64,000 nt of DNA from Dehalococcoidia bacterium (GTDB lineage Bacteria; Chloroflexota; Dehalococcoidia; Plut-88900): assembly GCA_965197585.1 (NCBI GenBank), contig OZ240215.1, forward strand, positions 1,472,001 through 1,536,000, written 5' to 3'. Below, piece after piece: positions 21,640 to 29,895 of this stretch; the first letter of the stretch is position 1, and each line of letters starts with the position of its first letter. Under the pieces are notes generated by a model. It saw nothing but the letters and a program-made list of their open reading frames with translations. It was not told where the DNA came from and made no database searches. The position numbers and the translations under genes are program-made.

Positions 21640-22668
21640 CTACCCGCCCAACTCCCCCCTCACCACCCGGGCCCCGTCTACCAGCGCCTTCAACTTCAAA
21701 TAAGAAATCCACCGGGGCATTTGGAAGAACCCGCAGTCCGGGTTCAAGTGCAGCTTCTCGACAGGCACGTACTTCAACACCTCACGTATCCTCTCCGCCA
21801 CGTCCTCCGCTGTCTCCAGGTAGAAGGACTTTATGTCCACTACGCCGGCGCCCAACTCCTTCTCTCCATCGAACTGCTTCCAGATGTCGCTTTCGCTCAT
21901 CTCCCGGTTGGCGAATTCCAGCACCAGTTGGTCGGCCTTCACGTCGTTCAGAGCGGGGAACATCCAACCGTACGTTCGCTTTCCACGGGGCCTGCTCATA
22001 AGATTGCCGAAACAGATGTGCAGGGCGTGTTTCGCCTTCACGCCATCGATACAAGCGTTGTAAAGCCTCACCCATTCGTCCACCTCACCGGGAACGACTG
22101 CATAGGAAGGCTCGTCCATCTGGATAAATTGCGCCCCCTCCGAGACCAGGGCCTTCAATTCGGCATTGATAACTTCCGCCAGCTGCCAGCAAAGCTCCAG
22201 TTGATTCTTGTAGGCAGTCCCCGGCCTGATGTGGATGGTCATGGTCAAAGGCCCGGGACACGTGACCTTGATCGGCCTGTTCGTATTTGCCTTGGTAAAC
22301 TTGAACTCATCCACAATCCCCAGCCCGGAAGGCAAAGTAACTTTTTCAATCGCGCGGTATCGGGTCGGGGTGTCGTAGCCGTACAGGCCCGTCTTGCGCA
22401 ACGGAGGTTCAATCGCAAGCCCCGTCATCCTCTTCGGAAAGCTCTGCACAAAGTACCACCGACGCATTTCCCCATCCGACACTATGTCTATGCCGGCCCT
22501 CTCCTGGTCAAGGATCGCCATTCTGCACGCATCGTCGTAGACCTCTCTGATGTCGGTCTCGCCGTACTCACCCTGGCCTATCTTTTCCAAGGCAGTGAGG
22601 AGCCAACTGGGATACGCGTAACTCCCGATCACGCTGGTGGGTAAAATTGGAAGAGATTCGCTGCTCAT
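21640..22668 (-). CDS. Cobalamin-independent methionine synthase catalytic-domain (MetE core) protein
   Basis: TSVIGSY, QERAGIDIVSDGEMRR, QMDEP, HICFGN, LEFA, NPDCG Zn ligands; ATG 22668 follows GGAGGGAG. Confidence 0.85.
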   Translation of the reverse strand: MSSESLPILPTSVIGSYAYPSWLLTALEKIGQGEYGETDIREVYDDACRMAILDQERAGIDIVSDGEMRRWYFVQSFPKRMTGLAIEPPLRKTGLYGYDTPTRYRAIEKVTLPSGLGIVDEFKFTKANTNRPIKVTCPGPLTMTIHIRPGTAYKNQLELCWQLAEVINAELKALVSEGAQFIQMDEPSYAVVPGEVDEWVRLYNACIDGVKAKHALHICFGNLMSRPRGKRTYGWMFPALNDVKADQLVLEFANREMSESDIWKQFDGEKELGAGVVDIKSFYLETAEDVAERIREVLKYVPVEKLHLNPDCGFFQMPRWISYLKLKALVDGARVVRGELGG

Positions 22669-22908
22669 GTGCCTGCTCCCTCCTTGTAGTGGCACCAGTT
22701 TATAGGAATCACTTCCCTTCAACAAAACCCTTCTCCTGCTCTTCGTGTCATTCCGAGACAACGCGCTGAAAGTCCGCCGAGGCGGGAGAAATCTAGGACT
22801 TGCCCAACCAACATCTCTACACCTCCTCGCCCCACTCCCCACCCAACATGCGCTATAATCCCTTCGGCCAATTTGATACTAGTCGCACATAGCCGGACGG
22901 AATAGCAC

Positions 22909-24072
22909 ATGTCTAACAAAAACCTGTTCCCCGTATCCGTAGTCGGAAGTTGGGCCCGGCCCCCGTGGGTCGTGCAGGCCCTTCGCAAGAAGCAAGCCGG
23001 TGAACTTTCGCAAGACAAGTTCGACGAAATCGCCGACCAGGCCGTACTCCTGGCCATCAAGTACCAAGAAGACGCGGGAGTCGATATCATCACCGACGGC
23101 GAAATGCGACGGGACAACTTCTACTCCTTCGCAGTCGACAAGCTGAACGGCATGAAGCTCATGAAGGTCTCCGAACTCATGGACTACATGAAGGATCGAG
23201 CCTCCTTCGAAGAGGTGCTCAGGGCCCTGGACGTGCCCGCCTTCGCCATCAAGAGCCCCATTGCCATCGACAAATTGTCGGCCCGCGACGGCCTGGCCCT
23301 GGACGAAGCTGACTTCCTCATGGACCACACCGACAAGCAGACCAAGATCCCCCTCCCCGGCCCCTACCTCCTCACCAAGTCGGCGTGGTTTGAAGGCCTC
23401 TCCGACACCGCTTACCCGGACCAGGAAGACCTTTCCAGGGATGTGATCGGCATCTTGCGGGAAGAGGTACTAAGACTGAAGGAGCGGGGCGTCGACTTCA
23501 TCCAGTTCGACGAGCCCACCCTCTCCCAGGTCGTCTACGGAGACGAAAGCGCCGAGACTTTCATGTGCGCCGCTATGGCCACCCGGAAAGACCCCAGAGA
23601 CGAGCTTGAGTCCGCCGTACGCATGATGAACGAGACGGTCGATGGCATTGATGGCGTCAGGTTTGGCGTACACGTCTGCCGGGGCAACTGGAGCCGCAAG
23701 GAAAACGTCCTGCTTAAGGGTAACTACGGCCCCCTCCTTCCCTACCTCATGGCCATGAACATCCACCAGCTCGTCCTCGAATACGCCACCCCCAGAGCCG
23801 GTGAGATGGAGGTCTTCAAGGAGTTCCGCAACGAAAAGGAGATCGGCCTGGGCGTCGTAAACCCGCGCACCGAGGAAGTCGAGTCTCCCGACCAGATTGT
23901 TGAGCGGGTCCGCGAGGCCCTCGACTACTTCGAGCCCGAGCAGGTTTTCCTAAACCCCGACTGCGGTTTCGGCACCTTCGCCGAGCGCTCCATGAACACC
24001 GACCCCATCGCCTACAAAAAGCTCCAGTCCATAACCGCGGCCGCAGAGAAGCTAAGAGTAGAGTTCGGTTAG
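22909..24072 (+). CDS. MetE-core family Zn thiol-alkylating enzyme, divergent paralog
   Basis: VVGSWARP, QEDAGVDIITDGEMRR, QFDEP, HVCRGN, LEYA, NPDCGF. Confidence 0.85.
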   Translation: MSNKNLFPVSVVGSWARPPWVVQALRKKQAGELSQDKFDEIADQAVLLAIKYQEDAGVDIITDGEMRRDNFYSFAVDKLNGMKLMKVSELMDYMKDRASFEEVLRALDVPAFAIKSPIAIDKLSARDGLALDEADFLMDHTDKQTKIPLPGPYLLTKSAWFEGLSDTAYPDQEDLSRDVIGILREEVLRLKERGVDFIQFDEPTLSQVVYGDESAETFMCAAMATRKDPRDELESAVRMMNETVDGIDGVRFGVHVCRGNWSRKENVLLKGNYGPLLPYLMAMNIHQLVLEYATPRAGEMEVFKEFRNEKEIGLGVVNPRTEEVESPDQIVERVREALDYFEPEQVFLNPDCGFGTFAERSMNTDPIAYKKLQSITAAAEKLRVEFG

Positions 24073-24118
24073 TAACCAGCCCGACCGCCTACAGGTTCGC
24101 CTTTGGAGGAATAACACA

Positions 24119-24640
24119 ATGGCAGAAGAGTTGAATGGGCTCAGGCCCGAAAAGTTAAACGAGATTCTCAACTCCCTCAAAGACCCGGAGGTCAAGAAAG
24201 CCGTCAGCGGTCCCTGGCGTTCCCGAGTAAGGTGGGAGAGCGGCTTCAAGGGCAAGGCCTACACCCGCACCCACACCGTCGAACTTGACGAGCCCGAGGG
24301 TCTTGACGCCACAGACACCGCCGCCTCAGCTCACGAGCACATTCTCTCCGCCGTCGGTGGCTGCATGATGGTCGGCTTCGTCCTCAACGCTACCAAGCGC
24401 GGCATCAAGATCAACGACCTTGAAATCGCCCTCGAAGGCCACTTCGACAACATCCTCAAGTGGGCCGGCCTCGATGACGGTAACCCCGGCTACGGCAAAA
24501 TCAACGCCAAGGTCTACGTCTCCGCCGACGCCGATGAAGACGCTCTCAGAGAGGTCTGGAAGCTCGCCGTCGAAGGCTCCCCCGTTGCCAACACCGTGGC
24601 CCGCGCCACGGAGATCATCCCCGAGTTCGAAAAGATATAA
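24119..24640 (+). CDS. OsmC-family protein (single Cys)
   Basis: DEPEGL..TDTA.SAHEHILSAVGGC, LEIALEG, SPV in place of CPV. Confidence 0.78.
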   Translation: MAEELNGLRPEKLNEILNSLKDPEVKKAVSGPWRSRVRWESGFKGKAYTRTHTVELDEPEGLDATDTAASAHEHILSAVGGCMMVGFVLNATKRGIKINDLEIALEGHFDNILKWAGLDDGNPGYGKINAKVYVSADADEDALREVWKLAVEGSPVANTVARATEIIPEFEKI

Positions 24641-24673
24641 GTCCTTGCCTGCTATCTCTCCTTGGAAAAACAG

Positions 24674-24708
24674 AGTTGTCGGAGATTGCGTTGCAGTCTC
24701 CGACAACT
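24674..24708. repeat. Intergenic 16-bp hairpin with GC-NNN-GC apex
   Basis: agttgtcggagattgc-gtt-gcagtctccgacaact (one T.G pair). Confidence 0.65.
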
Positions 24709-24733
24709 TAATTCTTAATGAGAAGGTGGGGAT

Positions 24734-25513
24734 ATGAGCCCTGTAACCTGGGTAACCCCCCACTGGGTCCGCGAGCACCTCGCTGACCCCGACTTCATCC
24801 TCCTGGACCCCCGGCGCCCGATGAAGTACATGTCGGGCCACCTCAAAGGGGCTGTAAACCTTCCCGTATATACCGCGTTCGACGAAGAAGCTCGCCTCAT
24901 GGACCCCGAGCCCCTGGCTCGCTGGGCCGCCGACGCGGGCTTCACCAACAATCGCACCCCTCTCCTCTACGATTCCGTTGACGGTCAGACCGGTGCAATG
25001 CTGTCTTGGGTTCTCCAGTACCTCGGCTGCCCGGAAGTCCTGCTGATGGACACCTTCTTCGAAGGCTGGGCCAAGGCTGGCGGAGAGGTTTTCTACCGCC
25101 CCGTCCCCTCCACCCCCGCCGAATTCTCACCCACGCCCAACGAATCGATCAGGGCTCGGTGGGAGGATGTCTCACAGGCTTCCAACGCCTCGCTCATAGA
25201 CTTTAGAAGCGAGCTTGAATACTTAGGGAAGGACGGCGAGGAGGGGGCCGGAGGCCACGTCCCTGGCGCCAAGCACCTCGAGTGGCGCTCTTTGGTTGGT
25301 GAAAACAACTCTTACCTCGCCCCCGACGACACCCTTGCCTCGATGCTAAGTCCTCTAGCCGCCGACTCAGGCGATGTCGTCACCTATTGCCGCACCGGGC
25401 CCCGAGCCTCCCTCGGATTCCTCGCCCTCTCGAAGCTCGGCTACACTCCCAAGCTCTACGACGGCTCCATCACCGACTGGCTCCGCCACAACGGCCCTCT
25501 GGAAACCTCTTAG
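24734..25513 (+). CDS. Two-domain rhodanese/sulfurtransferase
   Basis: GHLKGA, GHVPGA, YCRTGPRAS active-site loop, YDGSITDW. Confidence 0.88.
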   Translation: MSPVTWVTPHWVREHLADPDFILLDPRRPMKYMSGHLKGAVNLPVYTAFDEEARLMDPEPLARWAADAGFTNNRTPLLYDSVDGQTGAMLSWVLQYLGCPEVLLMDTFFEGWAKAGGEVFYRPVPSTPAEFSPTPNESIRARWEDVSQASNASLIDFRSELEYLGKDGEEGAGGHVPGAKHLEWRSLVGENNSYLAPDDTLASMLSPLAADSGDVVTYCRTGPRASLGFLALSKLGYTPKLYDGSITDWLRHNGPLETS

Positions 25514-25562
25514 GTCACCACGTCCCGTAGAGGCGACCGGCTGGTCGCCCTCCTATTACCCC

Positions 25563-26645
25563 TCAATTCACCGCAAACCCATACAACGCCGCCGAGTTCT
25601 CCCTCACGATCTTCCTCTTCGCATCCTCGCCGATTCCGGCAAACTGCTTCTCCACAACCTCACGAGAATGGGGCCACGTGCCCTCGTGGTGGGGGTAGTC
25701 ATTGCCCCACAGCAGCCTTTCGGGGCCGTAGTATCCCAACGTGGTCATGGCGACCGGGTCGTCCCCGAAAGTAACGTAGCCCTGCCGCTTGAAATACTCA
25801 CTGGGCAGCATGTCCAGCTTGGGCCGGGCGTACATGTGGTGCTTCTGATAAGCCTCGTCCATCGCGTGGAGCTCCCATGCCAGCCACCCCGCCCCCGACT
25901 CCACAATAACGAAGTCCATCTTTGGATGGTCCATCAGCACGCCTGAGGAGCACAGGTAGACCAGCAGCTCAATCCCGTCCACCAGTGCGCCCATGATGTA
26001 GTTGATCACCGCTCCCCCCGGACCCCGCTCCACCCTCGGGTCCCGACCGCTGCTAATGTGGAAGTTCAGCGGAACGCCCGTCTCTTCCACCGTTTCCCAA
26101 ATCGGCTTGTATTCGACACGGTTGTAAGGCGGGTCCACGACGCTCGGCAGGAAGAACGATCCCATCCCCAACCCCGCCGCCCGGCACATCTCCTGGCACG
26201 CCCAGGGGATGTCGATGACCGGGATCAAAGCTGCCATGGCGAACCGGTCCCTCCGGCTGCCGAACAATTCCGTCGTCCAGTCGTTATAGACCCGTGCCAC
26301 TTCACCCTGGAACTCGGCGTCAGGGGAGCAGGCCATTTCCAACCCGAACGTGCCGGGATAGACCACCTCCGCCCCCACACCATCAATGTCCTGTGCGTTG
26401 AGCCTGTATCCCACGTCCCAACCTTGCAGCCGACCCTGCTCCCTCAGCTTGTCCTCATCCGTCTTTTCGTCCGATCCCATCGCCATCTTCTTCGGCCGCA
26501 TGCCATCCTGGATCATCAGCCGCTTTCCGTCCCGCACCTCGATATGCGGGGCCTTGTGCCGAAGGTGGACGGGTAGCCTCTCCTGCCAAAGTTCCAGTGG
26601 CTCATCCACGTGTGAGTCCGCCGATATCAGCTTATCTTCAAACAT
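25563..26645 (-). CDS. Amidohydrolase_2-family protein
   Basis: ISADSHVDEP, DGVGAEVVYP, PLNFH, ESGAGW, WGNDYPHHEGTWP. Confidence 0.86.
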   Translation of the reverse strand: MFEDKLISADSHVDEPLELWQERLPVHLRHKAPHIEVRDGKRLMIQDGMRPKKMAMGSDEKTDEDKLREQGRLQGWDVGYRLNAQDIDGVGAEVVYPGTFGLEMACSPDAEFQGEVARVYNDWTTELFGSRRDRFAMAALIPVIDIPWACQEMCRAAGLGMGSFFLPSVVDPPYNRVEYKPIWETVEETGVPLNFHISSGRDPRVERGPGGAVINYIMGALVDGIELLVYLCSSGVLMDHPKMDFVIVESGAGWLAWELHAMDEAYQKHHMYARPKLDMLPSEYFKRQGYVTFGDDPVAMTTLGYYGPERLLWGNDYPHHEGTWPHSREVVEKQFAGIGEDAKRKIVRENSAALYGFAVN

Positions 26646-26867
26646 ATCCCTCTCCTGCATCCAGAAATAACACTATTGTTGATGCCCCACTTTAGCATGT
26701 CCCTACCCTTCCCTAAGCCTCATAATATTCGTAATTCTAGTAATTGCAATGTCATCCCGAGGCTCCGCGAGGGATCTAAAGCACTTGCCTGGTATCCACC
26801 CATCATTGCGCCCAACAGGCACCGATCCCCTCTAGCCTCTTTAGACCAGACCCCTTATCATCCCACC

Positions 26868-28337
26868 ATGTCCAGAAAGACCGGCTACCAGTCCAGACTC
26901 ACCACCCCCGAAGAAGCCGCCGGAGTCGTCAAGTCCGGCGACCTCGTCTACATCCCCGCCCCACCCCACCCCCAGGCCCTCATCCAGTCCCTCGCAGACC
27001 GCCGCGACAAGCTCCGCAACGTAAAGGTCTGCATAGACAGCCACGTCTTCGATCCCGGCTGGCTCCAACCCGGTTGGGGCGATTCCTTCTACATCGTCAC
27101 CGAGCAGTTCTTAGGCTTGGGCATCGACGCCTACAACGACCATCATATAGATTACTCGCCCCTTCTCAACACAACCCGTATCCCCAGCCTCATCGCAAAA
27201 GGCGTCCCCAAGCCCATCGACGTCCTCCTCATCCTGGTCTCGCCCCCTGACACCAACGGCTTTTGCAGCTTCGGCTACGCCCCCTGGGACAAGGCCAAGT
27301 TGGCCAGTCTGTCCAAGATCGTCCTGGCCCAGGTCGAAGAGACCCAGATCCGCACTCACGGGTCCAACTACATCCACGTTGATGACATCGACATGATCGT
27401 CGAGCACACAGATCCCCTCCTCTCCGACGAAGAGGCCACCCAAACCATATGCTCCTCCTCAGACCACACCGTCCGCTCGCTCCTTACGGCCCTGCTCCCT
27501 AAAATGAGCCAGGACGAGCGTACCCGCTATCTCCCCCAGTTGGCCGTCCTCACTGCAAAGCAGGTACGAACCTTCGCCTCCCGTATGGGCTGGACTGAGC
27601 CTCCTGAAATCGCAAGGTCCGTCGCCGACTATGTCGCAGAGTTAGTCCCGGACGGTGCGACATTGCAGACCGGCATAGGAACTCCCGGCGGATATCTTCC
27701 AATGCTAGGCGCTTTCGACGGCAAGCAGGACCTCGGTTGGCACTCAGAATTGGTCGCTCCCGGGGCCCTTTCTTTGATAGAGCAAGGCATTTTCACCGGG
27801 GCCCTAAAGACCATCCACCGCGATAAGGCTATCTTCACTTGCCTGCACGGCGCAACCGCCCCCGAGATCGAGTTCGCCCATAACAATCCCGCCATTGAGC
27901 TCCTCCCCTCCGACTACGTAGTCAACGCCCGAACCATCTCCCAGCACGACAACATGGTCTCCATAAACAATGCCCTCTCCGTCGACCTCACCGGCCAGAT
28001 CAACGCCGAGACCGTCTTCGGAGACAGGCAGATTAGCGGCACCGGCGGACAACTCGACTTCCAGTTGGGCGCAATCATGTCCAATGGCGGTCGGGCCTTG
28101 ACCCTCCTCTGGTCTACGGCCCTCGAAGGCGCAGTGTCTCGGATCGTTCCCCAGCTGGAGGAACGCAGCGTCGTCACCGTGCCCCGCACCTTCGCCGACA
28201 CCATAGTCACCGAATACGGTGTCGCCCGGCTCCTCGGCAAGTCCATCCGTGAGCGGGCACAGGAACTCATCAATGTCGCCCACCCCAACTTCCGCCCCGA
28301 ACTCAAAAAAGCCGCCGAGCGCCTCTTCTATCCCTGA
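26868..28337 (+). CDS. Acetyl-CoA hydrolase/4-hydroxybutyrate CoA-transferase family protein
   Basis: VSPPDTNGFCSFG, GATLQTGIG, HSE catalytic Glu, VDLTGQINAE, GTGGQLDF, VTEYGVARL. Confidence 0.88.
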   Translation: MSRKTGYQSRLTTPEEAAGVVKSGDLVYIPAPPHPQALIQSLADRRDKLRNVKVCIDSHVFDPGWLQPGWGDSFYIVTEQFLGLGIDAYNDHHIDYSPLLNTTRIPSLIAKGVPKPIDVLLILVSPPDTNGFCSFGYAPWDKAKLASLSKIVLAQVEETQIRTHGSNYIHVDDIDMIVEHTDPLLSDEEATQTICSSSDHTVRSLLTALLPKMSQDERTRYLPQLAVLTAKQVRTFASRMGWTEPPEIARSVADYVAELVPDGATLQTGIGTPGGYLPMLGAFDGKQDLGWHSELVAPGALSLIEQGIFTGALKTIHRDKAIFTCLHGATAPEIEFAHNNPAIELLPSDYVVNARTISQHDNMVSINNALSVDLTGQINAETVFGDRQISGTGGQLDFQLGAIMSNGGRALTLLWSTALEGAVSRIVPQLEERSVVTVPRTFADTIVTEYGVARLLGKSIRERAQELINVAHPNFRPELKKAAERLFYP

Positions 28338-28427
28338 TTTCCTCTCCCCATCCATCATTCCGGTCTCCGAGATCCGGGATTCATCCCCTAGGGTGGCGAG
28401 GCGGAGTGACCCCTACTTGGGGCGGGG

Positions 28428-28462
28428 CCGCTCACCCTGAGCAGGGTCGAAGGGTCGAGCGG
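28428..28462 (+). repeat. REP-like repeat family B (CCGCTCGCCCTGAGCCCGTCGAAGGGTC..GAGCGG)
   Basis: Copies at ~28428, 32182-32227, 37526-37583 (double) and 40315-40348, each downstream of a gene. Confidence 0.75.
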
Positions 28463-28592
28463 GGGGCGGCACACCTTTGCTAATCCGTCGCACTCATCCT
28501 ACACAGCTCCCCAAGCATGACCCCACCCAATCCCCAGTGGTAATATGTACCTATCCAACCTTGCTGGAAGTAGCGATTAGGAACTATCTAAA

Positions 28593-29885
28593 GTGCGCGT
28601 TAAACTGGCCTACGGCACCAAGGCCCTGACCATCGATCTCCCCCCCGACCGAACAACGGTCATCGAGCCCGACTACCCCACACCCCTCCCCAACCCTGAA
28701 GCCGCCATCCTTCACGCTCTCCGCAACCCAATAGACTCCCTCCCACTCCGGCAACTTGTCCACGCGACCCAATCCGTAGCCATCTCCGTCTGCGACGTGA
28801 CCCGACCTGTTCCCACTGCCGCCATTCTCCCAGTCCTCCTCAGCGAGCTAAGCCACGTTCCCAAGGACCGGATAACCGTCCTGGTTGCCACCGGCACTCA
28901 CCGCTCCAACTCCCCCGAGGAACTCGAAAGAATGCTCGGGCCCGAGATTGTCAGGGACTATCCCGTCATCTGCCACAATGCCTTCGACCCAGACTCCCTC
29001 GTCCCCGCCGGCCCATCCATCGACGGCGTGCCAGTCCTGCTCAACCGGCGCTGGGTGGACTCCGACATCTGCATAACCCTCGGCCTCGTCGAGCCCCATT
29101 TCTTCGCCGGGTTCAGCGGCGGTCCCAAGATGGTCGCCCCCGGCCTCGCGGGCGTCGACACAATCATGAAGCTCCACTCCGCCCCCCTCATCGGCCACCC
29201 CGATGCTACCTGGGCCGTCACCGAGGGCAACCCCGTCCACGATGCTATTCGACGCATCGCCCGGGACACGGGTGTGACCTTCAGCATCGACGTAACTGTG
29301 GACGACGCACATCGCATCACCAGCGTACATGCCGGGGAACTCTTCGCCGAGCATGCCGACGCCTGCCGCTTCGCCCGCAGTGTCGCCATGCGCCCCACAT
29401 CCGAGCCCTTTGATGTCGTGATCACCACCAACAGCGGCTATCCCCTGGACCTCAACCTCTACCAGGCTGTGAAGGGCCTCTCCGCCGCCGCCCAGGTAGT
29501 CAAGCCTGGTGGCTCGATAATCTGTGCGGCCGAGTGTCGGGACGGCATCCCCGACCACGGCGACTACAAGTCTCTCCTAACTTCCCGACAGTCCCCCGGC
29601 GATCTGCTCTCAATGGTCGAGGCGCCCGGTTTCTCCCGCCAGGACCAGTGGCAAGTCCAAATCCAGGCCCGGGTCCAGCTAAAGGCCCGCGTCTACCTCA
29701 AGTCCGATTTCCTGACCCCCGAGCAGATTGAAGCAGCCCACATCCACCCCGTCTCCAACCTGCAGGCCACCGTGGATGAAGTTATAGATTCCTACGGCCC
29801 CCAGGCCACCATTTGCGTGCTGCCCCAGGGGCCTCAGACCATAGCTTACGTCGACCAGCCTATGCTGGCCGGCATGAGCGCGTGA
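28593..29885 (+). CDS. larA: LarA-family nickel-pincer racemase/epimerase
   Basis: DVTRP, ATGTHR, HNA, EPHFFAGFSGGPK, GYPLDLNLYQAVKG, ECRDG, DQWQVQ; substrate not determinable. Confidence 0.88.
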   Translation: MRVKLAYGTKALTIDLPPDRTTVIEPDYPTPLPNPEAAILHALRNPIDSLPLRQLVHATQSVAISVCDVTRPVPTAAILPVLLSELSHVPKDRITVLVATGTHRSNSPEELERMLGPEIVRDYPVICHNAFDPDSLVPAGPSIDGVPVLLNRRWVDSDICITLGLVEPHFFAGFSGGPKMVAPGLAGVDTIMKLHSAPLIGHPDATWAVTEGNPVHDAIRRIARDTGVTFSIDVTVDDAHRITSVHAGELFAEHADACRFARSVAMRPTSEPFDVVITTNSGYPLDLNLYQAVKGLSAAAQVVKPGGSIICAAECRDGIPDHGDYKSLLTSRQSPGDLLSMVEAPGFSRQDQWQVQIQARVQLKARVYLKSDFLTPEQIEAAHIHPVSNLQATVDEVIDSYGPQATICVLPQGPQTIAYVDQPMLAGMSA

Positions 29886-29895
29886 GGTTCTTATC

